DNA of 62,710 nucleotides, the filler included, from Sphacelaria rigidula (Eukaryota), in assembly GCA_964200075.2 (NCBI GenBank). It is 10 parts of 10 records of this genome, joined end to end, with 100 filler letters (N's around TTAATTAATTAA, not from the genome) between each part and the next. Parts side by side here need not be neighbours in the genome. Positions count along the whole stretch, not along the records: positions 37,687 to 43,867 come from CAXNAA020021694.1; positions 43,968 to 50,148 come from CAXNAA020021695.1; 8 more parts are not named here. One strand, given 5' to 3'. The notes beneath the pieces were generated by a model, which saw only the letters and a program-made list of their open reading frames with translations, was not told the origin of the DNA and ran no database searches. This document shows positions 38,106 to 49,644 of the stretch, one piece after another (the stretch's first letter is position 1; each line of letters begins with the position of its first letter). The translations under genes were made by a program, and so were the position numbers.

Positions 38106-38277
38106 CGACGGATTGTTGCACGTCTTCCACCTTTTTTCTTCTTGTGTGTACGTGCACGTGTACGTGTACGTGTACGTGTACGTGTGCGTGTTCCGGGCGC
38201 GGAATGATCCCGCGCCGTTCATCAGAAGTCGGAAATAATCGGGCATACGTTAAAATACACCACGCAATCAAGCGCAC

Positions 38278-41200
38278 CTGACTGGGCGTGGGGGGGGCTC
38301 CGACAGACGTCATCCCTCGTTGGAAGCTTTTGAGACGAGGACTAGCAAGCGCGTGAGCCAGCATCTCTCCCACAGTAACGTAGTGTGACTCGAGCATTAA
38401 TCGTTCCCGTGATCCGACATGGCCAGAAGCATCGCACATGTTCACGTGCAGCGCCAGCGGGTACAAATCGACGGTAAGACTGAAACGCAAAAGCGCAAAA
38501 AGTGCGGCAAAGGGAAGATACGGCCACGTGGGTTGGGTAAGAATTCTTGGAATGTCATGGCAGCGGTAATGTAATAGGTGTGGTAAGTGTTCCTCCTGAC
38601 CGCTCATCACCCTCACCGCGGGAACTTGACAAGCTTCACGGCGAACGGCACCCTGTTATCCGGGCAGCAAGAGGCATACGTCAGGGATCTCACGCAGTAT
38701 CAAAGCAGCGCATGGAGATTTTTGCTACTGGCTGCAGAGTTCGACTATTTGAGCTTCGACAACGGAGGCATACTCCTACGCCCAAACGAGATTGCACGAG
38801 GCATCTCTTCAAAGTGAGCAAGCAGCACTTTTATTGATCTGCCAACACCCCGTGTAGAATGGCTGACTGACATCAAATAAGTCGAGAACACGTTTCGTAC
38901 CTGCCCACTGGCGTCGTGGCATCGACTGCTGGGTCGACTGGGGTCGCAATATCTGCGAGGCCGAGTTGAGGGTAGGAACTCGCTATCCGCACCACTTGCC
39001 GGCAAAACACGGGTCCCCCACCATACCAGTCTGCCATCACATCCCACACCAACTTGGGCAGTAAGATGTAGTGCGCTCCTAGATGCTGGTTTGGAGCCAC
39101 TTCCCACTCCGCTCCGCCCTATCCACAAGACCACACGACAGATCAGCCCAGTGAAGGGGATACATAGCCAAAGCAGAGTATCAACATACATGAACATGAT
39201 TATCATATCAGGGGCTTGATTCGTGTGTCAGGTACCGTACATACTCAGGCACGCAGATCTAAAAACAAGCATGAGTGAGTGTCCTGCACACGTCAAACGG
39301 CGCTTCGGCACAATATTGAATTTCTCCTTTCCTTGACAACAATCTTCGCATTGGCGGCACAATCCTCAAACACCAACACCGATACCGATACCGATACCGA
39401 CTCACGTGCTATGGGAGTTGCTACTGGGGATGTAGGAGAAAGAAGGCACTCTCTACTCTGAGACGATGGCACTAACACCAACACCAACGCCAACAAGACA
39501 CGCCCATGATCGTCACCTGCAAGATACTATTGTCCATCTCGTGCGGTCGCCTGGCAAGTACGGCTGGCACCTCCCTACCCTTAACCCTCAAACCCACTTC
39601 TCCACCCCCCTCCGCGTCTCCAGCGAGCCCGTTTGCGCCAACATGGCCACCTGCACCATCTGCCAATATCCGGTCAACACTCTCCACAGCTTGCCCACTC
39701 AATCCACTGAGGCCCTTTGGTGGGGAAGCTGCTCCCATTGCTCCCCAGATCTTTCCGGCGGTTGCGCTTGATAGCTGAGAGGCGTTGAGTTCCGCCGCCT
39801 TGGCTATTCCCAATGCCCGTCGCTCTGGGACTCGCTCTAGGTCTTGCCTGGTGAGACCAGCGTAGCTCGACCAGTACGCCCACCAAGGTGCCGCGACGAG
39901 GCACATCCACTGCCCCTCTTGCATGTGGTATTCGGCCAGATGTGACAAAATCTATCGGGGGCGCGTGATGGCAGCGGCAGCGGGGAGGACAAGCACGCAC
40001 AGACGAGGCACGAGACATGTTGGAGGAAAGGCAAGGGAGAACACGCTGGTATTGGCCCATGGGTAGTTTGCTCGGTAATGAACTATTGGGGGTATGTGGT
40101 GCAATTTGTTCGGGAGGCGAGTTTTGCAAGGTCTCAGTGCAATAAATTGCACCGACCACCGCATAATAAGGGCAAGGGTATGGTGTTATGGTGTTTTATT
40201 GTCGTGGGTGGGAATCGTCCGCAAACACTGACGATGGAGCCAAGTTCGGGCAGTCCACTGCATTTCGAGACGTACAATCTGCAAAAAAAGTCATTAGGAA
40301 ACACTATTATAGTAAATTGAAGGCAAGCAGAACCAAGTGCACGTTACACAACAGAGTACCGGCTACACGAACGACAGTCCCTACCTTGTCCTTCTCCTGC
40401 TGCGGCGATGGTAGGAGGTAAAACGGTCTCAACGCCTTGTCTAGCGCGCTGTCCGAGACGTGAGCCTGACGGCGTAGCGGACGGGGCGACAACAGTTGCG
40501 GGGCGTTTGAGCTACTGACGAAACAACATGGGCGGTTGCGATAGATCCACGGGAGTATTCGGTGGCGAGAGATGAAGCGCGCACAACCTCCGCGATGTTT
40601 TCGGGACCCTAGTGAACCAATTCGACGTAACACGAGAGTAGCTGGTGCGCATGGTCAACGTCATCAACATCGAAATAGAAAACATAGCAACGAGGTCTCG
40701 AGGCAAGACGAGCACCGAGTATTGACGCGAACGCATCTACACCAGAGCAGAAATAGACATACCTCCGCCCAAGCAAAGTACTCGAATAGCTGCAGCCCCT
40801 TGGACGCGGGCTTCCCCTCCCCCACAGCTTGTACCGCCGGACCTGCTGCTTTTGCCACTTGTGTCTGAAAAGGGCGGGGATCAGCGTCCGCCGGCGATAA
40901 TCCCAAATACTTCTTCAGGACACCTAGCTCCGCCTGTAAGCAACGAGAGCGACAGTGATTTGACGTCAACTTTTGTGCCACATGAGCGTAGATGAATCGG
41001 TTTCTCAACAGCACCAATGGAGGACATGGCGAGGGCAAGCCCCGGTTTCATCAAGCATCAAGCGCGAGCGAAGGTACCGCACATTGGGAGAAGACTTAAT
41101 CTGACGATATTTGAATCGATGTACCATCCGAAATATGACGCGCCGTTCCCGCGATACATCGGCATGGTAAACAGAAGCGGGCTATCTCACGACACACAAC

Positions 41201-41520
41201 CACTGTACATCTTGCATTAGCCCGTCGAGGGTCATATGGTAAACACAAGCGCTCCATCGTGCGGCATTAAAGCATACCTCTGAGATTACCGAAGCAGAAG
41301 TTGTCTCTGGAGCGTCCTTGGGGCCTGTATCGGCCCCTGTGCCGTAGTACTTGGCCTGCGACGGGCCTGAGAAGAGGTCGTACAGGAACCGCAATCGTTC
41401 ATCCCTCGAACCTCGGCAGCACAGCGCGAGAGCACGACAGAAGTTTCTGAAGTCGAGGCCCCCTCGGCCGACGCAGTCGAACAGGCGGAAAGCTGACTTT
41501 TGGACGTCGGGCGGTAGCGA
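38278..41520 (-). CDS. USP32-like ubiquitin-specific protease, EF-hand + DUSP + UBL region; exons 41520-41278, 40933-40763, 40465-40385, 39951-39517, 39118-38901, 38479-38278; catalytic domain off-contig
   Basis: EF-hand FRLFDCVGRGGLDFRNFCRALALCCRGSRDERLRFLYDLF (cf. USP32 ..IDFKE..CCRG..ER.KF.F.VF). DUSP halves GQWMCLVAAPWWAYWSSY...PHEMDNSIL and YILLPKLVWDVMADWYGGGPVFCRQVV. UBL start VDLYPLAL. All six exons are AG/GT and phase-compatible. Confidence 0.9.
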
Positions 41521-42472
41521 CTGCACACCAAGGTGATTGTTGCAGCATATTCAAGCAGCAAGCAGCAAGCAGCAAGCAGCACGAAAACAAACACGGAGTA
41601 CCCAACATCAGCGTCAACATTGAGATTGAGATTGGAGGTAGCGACGCCGTCGAGAATCCGGCAAGGGGCAAGGTGACCACGTCGCGGAATCGTCGGCACT
41701 CATCCACGTCAAGTCTGAGATCGTGCAGCATCGCGAAAGTTCGCCAGGCGAAGCAGTAGCACGCTTGAGCTTCAAGCCCAAACACTCTTGTTCTTTTTCT
41801 AAATTATCTAGGCTTTCGCGCCGGTGGATTTATTCAAACTGTTACGTTCCAATTCAAGCGGTGATGTCCCATAGTATCAGCTATATTGAGCCTAGAGAAG
41901 CTAACATGCTGGGAACAGGTGATCACTAGCAGCACGGACAGCTGGCACAGCAGACGTGGATCGCCGGTGTAGGAATCGGCATGGCGGAGGACGAATATCG
42001 CCGCATATATCGCAAGTGGTTGCTACTCAAAACCTGCCCCGCTCCGGGAGTTAACGAGTCAACGAGTTAACGACTGATGTGGCACCGTGTTTTCAGGGCT
42101 GGGGGCGCCACTCGCCACTTTGTCAACATGACTACTGTTGCTGACCGTGTCTAGCGTGGAACTAGGCTTGTACACCCATCACAACACGTATCACTCTGCT
42201 GATGTAAAATAGTTGAAGATAGAAAATACTCCGCAAGACCTCGGCGAAATTGAAGTACGTCATCCACCAAAATAGTCAATTACAAACCCGGAGCGGCCTT
42301 GCTTCAAGTTGATACCGGGAGAAGGATACTACAACAACTACCCGTGACGACTCGACTTTCAACACGCCTGTTCCGGAAGCTCTGGTACTGTCTGTAAGGG
42401 GACGTTGCCTCCTCACCAGGGATGCCGATGAGGGTCCTCGGCAGAACCCACTGGTCACGCGAGAGGAGCTCA

Positions 42473-42868
42473 AACTGAAGCTGTCGCGCTACTTTGGGCG
42501 GGAGTTTTCAGCCACTGACCCTCAGATTTTCAAGGAGCCCAAGGGGTGCTTCTTAGCTGTGTTTCTTCGAGCGTTGATCCATAACCGGGTGGAGATTCAT
42601 GACATGGGTGGCAGGATCTATTGCTGCCCGCGTGCTCGTTTGATTTCTTACCCTCTATGACTGTCATCAGACCGCAAGTGTTGAATAAAAATTACAAAAT
42701 AAGCGCAGTGCTGGCACCCACCGTTTCAAGGCATCCCGCGCCCTCAGCGCCCATCGCCGCTGAAACTGTGAATCTGACAGCTGTGGTACAGCACCAAGCA
42801 TCATACCCTCCGAGTTTCGGGATCACCATTATTCATCAGACATGAGGTGCGCCTTGTCTCGACGCTTA
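42473..42868. repeat. Old dispersed repeat, homologous to 55853-56318
   Basis: Shared blocks GGAGCC..A.G.TGCTTCTT.GCT.TGTTTC, ATCCATAACC.GG, ACTGTCATCAGAC, CCACCGTTTCAA and AGGTGCGCCT.GTCTCGACGC.TA. Confidence 0.75.
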
Positions 42869-43484
42869 GTTCTTCATTTTTTCCCCCAAGTTCCCAGGAA
42901 CGAGAGTGCCAACTCGAAGAAAAGCAAAAAAGTGTCGTGCTTCTATGCACGCGTCATACACCAACGGGGTGCTATTGACGACATAATATAGTCGATTGCG
43001 CAGCAGCACACTCCCGCGAGGAGCTGAGGCACCGACACAAGAACCCTGGATATGGCCACATGGCACTGGCCCTTCGATTGCCGAGTCCCCTCACAACGGC
43101 GCGTATTGGATACGAGTATCGCCTACTTGAAAATTGGGAGCACATTTAGATAGAACGGCAAATATAGTTGCGTCAACCGGGGGATACTTGGGCGTACTAA
43201 AATTACTTTTTGGTATGCGAAAGAATGAATGCCCTGTCGCTTTCTGTGACCTCGTACTTTCGGGGTAGTGGCGGAACGCCTTAGAGCCTGTATTAATGCC
43301 AAGATAAACATTACGCTGTGCGACTACATACCTGTACTGTCCGGTACTGTAGTGCTGCGGTACATAGTGTATGCTCGTAGCGGTATAGCTATATAGGGTC
43401 AATTTGCTGTTTTACGAACGGCTACACTGCTCTTCACCGTAGAAAGACTGTACCGCTCATACGTCAGCTTAGAATGCAATAGAT

Positions 43485-43689
43485 CAAGGGCAGGTCGAGT
43501 AGAGTATACTCAAATGCGGGGTATTTTGAAAGACGAACTTGGGGTACTCAAGTTAGGGTAGAGGGTTGGGAGTCGTACCCCAAAAATAGCTGGGGAGCGA
43601 TTCCTGAAATCCTACATCCAATTTGTGTACTCCAAGTACGACTTTCAAAATACCCCGCAATTGAGTGTACTCTACTCGACCTACCCTTG
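43485..43689. mobile_element. Complete hAT-type MITE (205 bp)
   Basis: TIR CAAGGG(C/T)AGGTCGAGTAGAGTA; perfect 8-bp target-site duplication CAATAGAT (43477-43484 and 43690-43697). Confidence 0.93.
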
Positions 43690-44476
43690 CAATAGATGCT
43701 CTGCCATGTGCAGCTTCTTGTAAAGCAGGAACCTAAGGAAGGGTGCTCAGGAATGTGCAAAGGAGTTCTTCTATCGTGCGCTTGAATAGCCTTTTAACCC
43801 TTTTGGGACCGGACCCCCACTAACACAGGGTTGACCCTGTGTTAGTGGAATAATAAAAAATAAGTCTNNNNNNNNNNNNNNNNNNNNNNNNNNNNNNNNN
43901 NNNNNNNNNNNTTAATTAATTAANNNNNNNNNNNNNNNNNNNNNNNNNNNNNNNNNNNNNNNNNNNNGCGAGGTCAATGGTCTTATGACTATGGCATGCA
44001 TGATCATGAGTACACCCCCCTCTTGATTTCAAAAACGACATTTGACATGATGGGAGGAAACCACCATAAAAGGCTAATCGGAGGCCTCCGCGATCGAGTC
44101 CTGTGCGTTAGCTGCACTGGTGATCCAACGTACGTCGGCAATTCGCTTAGTGTTTTGATTTCCCCCTCTACACTCCCTCTAGGGCATGGCGCGGTCTTCA
44201 GGCAACTCCTAAGCTCAGTCGCCTCATCGTTTCTTTAAATCGAATCAGTCCGATAATTCCGACCCGCGGTCAACTCGTACCAACGTCTCGAAAATAGTGC
44301 ACATGCTCGCTCCGAGACTAGTAACAACATGCTCTCGACACGTTAACCAGCTCCAGTGTTCGATATCTGGCTATACCTTGCCGCCAAGTCATCAAGATTT
44401 CGAGCAACCCTCTCCCCCCCTTCCCCCCCGGTAAATTTGTAATTCTTGGCTAAAAAAAAAGTAGTGTGTAGTCGTC

Positions 44477-45585
44477 GAAGGGGAGGTCGGGTAGCGTATA
44501 CCCTACATGCGGGTGTTTTGAACAGTCGTGCTTTCAGTACTCACACAAATGGGCAGCGTATTGAGATCGTACCGAAATTACCCAAATTTCGGGTACAGTA
44601 CTGAGGTCATACTCAAGTGATTCTCTATACCCGGGTATTGCTGAGATTACCTCACTAAATGCCTGGGTAAAGTATTGGCATTGTACCCGAATTACCCCAA
44701 ACTTGGGCAGAGTGTTGAGATATTACCAAACTAACTGTACCCGAAACTTGAGTAAAGTATTGGGATCGTCACTGAAGAACTCGATTTTCGGGTAGAGGAT
44801 TGAGATCGTACCCAGCAAACTACCCAAAAATTGGGTACAATATTGAGGTCAAATCCAACTGTACTCAATATCTGGGCAGAGTTTTGAAAGCATACCCAAA
44901 TTACCGAAAACTTGGGTAGGGTAAAGTGCCGGGTAGTGTCGAAGAGCGTTCGAAATGTGCTGTGTACACGGGCAGGATATTGGGAGGAGCAAAAAACACG
45001 TCTATCACTGTCCTTTCCGACGCTCGCTCTCCCATCGAGGTGTCAGACTCGCGATATATCACAATCCTTGTCACTCATGGTTTACTCCTTCCAACTATTT
45101 ACCCTTCTACTCATACACTTGGAGGTGATCAGAGCTCTGCGCTGAAAACTGAAGTATGGACACAACTCGGAGTTTTAATTTGGGAGGCGACGAAGCTAAA
45201 CGATTTTTGTCATCGCTGATCGTCGTACGCCCTCCCAGTCAAGGTACTCTGTGAAATGACGTCACGACGTCAGTAACAGTCAGTATTACTGGTGTCATAC
45301 CCAGGTGATACTCCTTACCTGGGTATTGCTGAGATTATTTAACCATTTTTTGGTCAGAGTGTTGATATCAGACCCAAGTAATACTACATACCCGGGTATC
45401 GCCGATATCACTTACCCAGATTTTGGGTAGAATTTTTACGTCACTCAATTCTACCCATTAATTCTACCCATTGTTCGGGTCAAGTATTGAGATGGTACCC
45501 AGCTTATCTGAAAATTGAGTGGAGCAAATACCCGGGTATTATGGCAGGGTACTCGAAAATACATACCCTACCCGACCTACCCTTG
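44477..45585. mobile_element. hAT-type MITE, TACCCGA-variant subfamily with internal ~40-bp array and a ~350-bp insertion
   Basis: Termini GAAGGGGAGGTCGGGTAG ... TACCCTACCCGACCTACCCTTG. Internal units GGGTAGAGTATTGAGATCGTACCCGAA.TACCCAAAATTT. TSD not recognisable. Confidence 0.8.
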
Positions 45586-46173
45586 CAGTTCCCTATTTGC
45601 ATGCTACATCTTCTTCAGGCGCGAAAATTCGGATCCGCAATCGCTGTTCTCTCTGACTCGTGATCGCTCCTGTCCCGTACCCCGGCCGGGTGAAACGCTT
45701 TGGAGTGCCTCCCTAAAACACAACTGTTAATGTGGCTACGTTCATTGCATTCCCCCGTTTCTTCTTGCGGGTGAATACTCAGCACTCGATGGCCCTACCA
45801 GGTGCAAACCCCTCAAGGATTGACCGCGATCGACGACGATAAGGCTTAGCGAACTTGGGACCCGTGCGCATCCTGAGACCCACAGCACTGCGAGTCTAAA
45901 AAAAAGGAGACGTTGCGTTCGCATGGAGAGCGGTGCTCCAACCAACAGCTGGATCGATCATGTTGGAAGACACGGATGAATTCCATGATGAACGAGTACC
46001 AATTGATGACCTTCCCCCCCCGGATCCCCCTCCCGCGAGAGAAAAAAAGAAGCAGAAACGATGCAAAAAACCGCCGATTCCATAAACGGAACCTAGTGAA
46101 AGTTGATGGACCCCGTTCGCGGCCCAAGGACTAACAAGAGGGTACTGACTACTGCCTACCGCATGTCACTCAC

Positions 46174-49100
46174 CCCACTGTTGCAACCCGAGATGACAAC
46201 CCTCAACAACGTGAAAATTGCGAAAGTGGTGGTGTCGCTCTTGCTCATGCTGCCACGGTCATCCGGCGACACGGTTCCCAAGCTCGGGATAGCCAGCACC
46301 GCGGGGATAACGATGATGGCGCCCACACGCTGTACGGTTACCATTCCCACTCTTCGCGCCAATCGTGGAAATACCAGGATGTTGTAAACTAGTACCAATA
46401 TACCCGCAATGCCGAAAGCCTGGTGCAGCACAGTGGGGTATGCCGTCGATAATATCTCAGGGGGGTATTTTTGCGAACAACTTGTGGGTGCGGGAACCGA
46501 GAGAAATTTCGTTCCTTGGGTTTTGAGAAAGAAAATGACGATTGCCAGGCGATCTACTCGAGGGGAACTTTCGTTGAAAAATCAACGACGAAAGATGGAG
46601 AACGCAGTATTATTAGTACTGAAGAGCTACGAACCCGCATATCCGCGACATGTGTTGCTTCGCGTCAGAATGTTTCCCGAACAATCCACCGCGGCAAGTG
46701 TAGCAAGGGTGGCTAGCACAGCAGGGGTGAGCAACGCTCAAGATACCTGTCCTATCTGAGAAGTGATCCAGCCTAGACCGCCCACGTTTGTCGTGCTGAG
46801 CGCCCACAACGGAAACGTTTCATCCAGACCTATGCCTGCCATCTTGAACGGGATGGGCATTGCAAGCACGGCATGTGTCGGGCCGGGCCGAGCGCCACGC
46901 CGGGGGGAAAGGCGGGGAAGGGGGGAAAAGCGCAAGGGGGGCGCAACCAGTCAGAAACCGGCAACATCAACGCTACAGTGAGAGGGGAAACTGCCGCGAC
47001 TACTGCAACTTTGGCTCCTATTCAGGCTTTGGCGGAGGGGAAAACAGCGTCCAAAGTGGATGCTCTAGTCGCCACAAAAACGTTCCGGGGACGGCATACG
47101 TTCGAACACTACACAGCACGCTATTACCCCTGCGGCTGTCACTCACTGACATGAAGCAGATCATCACCAGGATCATTTTCACGTGTCGAGTGTTTATCAA
47201 AGCGTCCGGTCCGCAGCCACAAGTGGGCGCGGTACCTTCCCCATCCCCAGCTGACGAAGAATCCGCCGTTTCCCGCTGCGCCCGCCGCGGCCCGGCTTTT
47301 GCATCCTCCGCCGTGTGGCCATCAATGCAGGCGCCATTGTTGCCGCTACTATCGGCGTTGCTGCTTGTGTCTATCGCACTCGTGGTGTCTCGGAAACCAT
47401 CACCACTCCAGCCGCGATCGCCAGTGCTGCTTCCGTCGTCGTCGCCGTAGGTGTCGTTCTTCACCCCGAGGGCGTTACGCTGCTTACTACCATCTCGGCC
47501 GCTGCGGCAATCAGCGGTAGAAAGAGCAGATGGCGAACATTCGTCCACTTTGTCTGGCTTCGCGTCTGCGAACACATCCTGGGACGTCGCCCCATACCCA
47601 CCGCCACCACGACCAGGACCACACATGATTGCGCAGTTTTCCTTCGCCATTTCACTTCCTCCCCCCTCTTCCTTACCGGTCAAGGTGGAACATGGCGCGT
47701 AATAATCAGGGGCGATCGAGACTTTTCCACGAGTTGACCTTAGTCCTTGTCTTGCTGTCTCTGCGGGTTCGTTGGTGGTACCCTGGTGGCTCTCAGACGT
47801 TGCCGTGTCAGTGTGCTCATTGATCGCGTTCCTCTGACACCCGACTCTTCGGCTGCCGATAATGCTGTAAGCAGAGGGCGGTGGAGAAGGGTGGGGTTGT
47901 CGCCTCGGTGTGGTGGTAGTTGATAATAGTATATGCTGCTACCGTTCAAGCGAGGGGTGTGGTGTTCGTCAAATAATTGGTGAGGGAGACGGCCGTTTGT
48001 GCGACTGTCGCTTGCCCCGCTGCTGGAAAGAGTGCAACGCCGGCCAATGCCGGCCAGTCTTTTAGGGAAGCCGTTTGCATCTCGTGTGGAAAATGGGAGC
48101 ATTTCAAGGGTAGATCGAGTAGAGTATACTCAAAACTCAGTATTTTTGAAGAGTCATACTTTTCGTACTCGAAGTTTGAGTAGAGTATTTGAGGTCGTAC
48201 TCAACCTACTCAGTCATTCGAGTAGAGCATTTGATATCATACTCGGTCTACTCGAAATTTGAGTAGAGTATTGAGGTCATCCTCAAGTGATACTTAATAC
48301 TCAAGTATTACTGGGAGTGCTCCTCAATATTTGAGTAGAGTATTTGAAGTCGTACTCGATCTACTCGAAATTTGAGTAGAGTATTGGAGGCCGTACTCGA
48401 CATACTCAAAATTTAAGTAGAGTATTTGAGGTCATGCTCAACGTACTCAAAATTTGAGTCGAGTATTGATGTCATACTCAAGTGATACTCTATACTCAAG
48501 TATTACTGAGAGTGCTTACTCAATATTTGAGTGGAGTATTTGAGGTCGTACTCGACCTACTCGAATTTTGAGTAGAGTATTGAGGCCGTACTCGGCCTTC
48601 TCAAAATTTGAGTAGAGTATTGGGGGTCGTACTCGATCTACTCGAAATTTCAGTAGAGTATTTGAGGCCGTACTCGACCTACTCAAATTTTGAGTAGAGT
48701 ATTGATGTCATACTCAAGTGATACTCTATACTCAAGTATTACTGAGAGTGCTTACTCAAATTTTGAGTAGAGTATTCGAGGTCGTACTCGACCTACTCGA
48801 ATTTTGAGTAGAGTATTGGAGGCCGTACTCGACCTACTCAAACGTCGAGTAGAGTAAATACTTGAGTATTTTACTCGAGTATTCAAAAGCACGTACTCTA
48901 CTTGACATACCCTTGGAGCATTGACTAAGAGAAACGGTTGGATGGGCAACACAAGCAGCGACAGCACTTTGAGATGATAACCATGCCGTCGCATTTCGGT
49001 CGTTTGAAGATACATCGAGGCAGGTGACAACTTTCCACTGTTCGGCTGTGGGCGGAAGGTGACATAATTGCTCCGCAATACAGGAATACGATGCCATGAG

Positions 49101-49644
49101 AAGAAAACTAGACAGAGGTGACACAAGACCCTCGAAATGCATTGACCAGGATGGATTTCGCCTCATTGGCCAGGCCTCCTATATCATAGGAATTATGCAC
49201 TACTACACAAGTTCACGCCATAAAAGGCAGAGTGTCTTATATCGTCGGAATTATACACTACCACACAAGTTCACGCCACAAAAGGTAATGTGTCCCGAAG
49301 ACCCGGAAAAATCAATCCACCTGCATCGGCATCACTGAAATCAACCATGACTAGAAAATCTAAATATACCCCAAGTTTTGGGGACGCATTTTGCATAGAT
49401 GACCATACAGGTGAAGAAAATTGTGAAGAAGGTAACCCGACACCCACTAGCGCACGTAACCTTAACGCTGTAAAAACAACAACACCATACTACTTGAATT
49501 TATCGAATCTCCTACCTCGGTTCCACGCCATTCTTGGCGCGTGCCTTCTCCGTGTTTTTGGTCTCCGGCAGATAGAAGACCACCATTGGGAGCACGATCA
49601 ACGCAAGAAGCGTCCCCACCAGGTTCGGAAGCAGGAACGGATGC
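46174..49644 (-). CDS. Major facilitator superfamily transporter (ZIFL1-like), internal exons 49644-49516, 47864-47147, 46842-46747, 46419-46174
   Basis: TM6 motif HPFLLPNLVG...FYLPET. A long hydrophilic central loop ends in LINTRHVKMILVMICF. Then DETFPLWALSTTNVGGLGW..SQIGQ and YNILVFPRLARRVG, typical of ZIFL-type MFS. Phases 2, 0, 0 are compatible. Confidence 0.9.
48105..48915. mobile_element. hAT-type MITE, long form (811 bp) filled with a ~41-bp tandem array; intronic
   Basis: TIR CAAGGGTAGATCGAGTAGAGTA ... TACTCTACTTGACATACCCTTG; TSD GAGCATTT/GAGCATTG. Unit GAGTAGAGTATTTGAGGTCGTACTCGACCTACTCAAAATTT, interspersed with a longer CAAGTGATACTCTATACTCAAGTATTACTG unit. Confidence 0.92.

Noticed and set aside
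48105..48915. CRISPR-like array of palindromic ~41-bp repeats (also 44477-45585 and 59568-60307)
   Set aside because: No unique spacers, units are contiguous, the array is bounded by TIRs and 8-bp TSDs, there are no cas genes, and the context is a eukaryotic intron.
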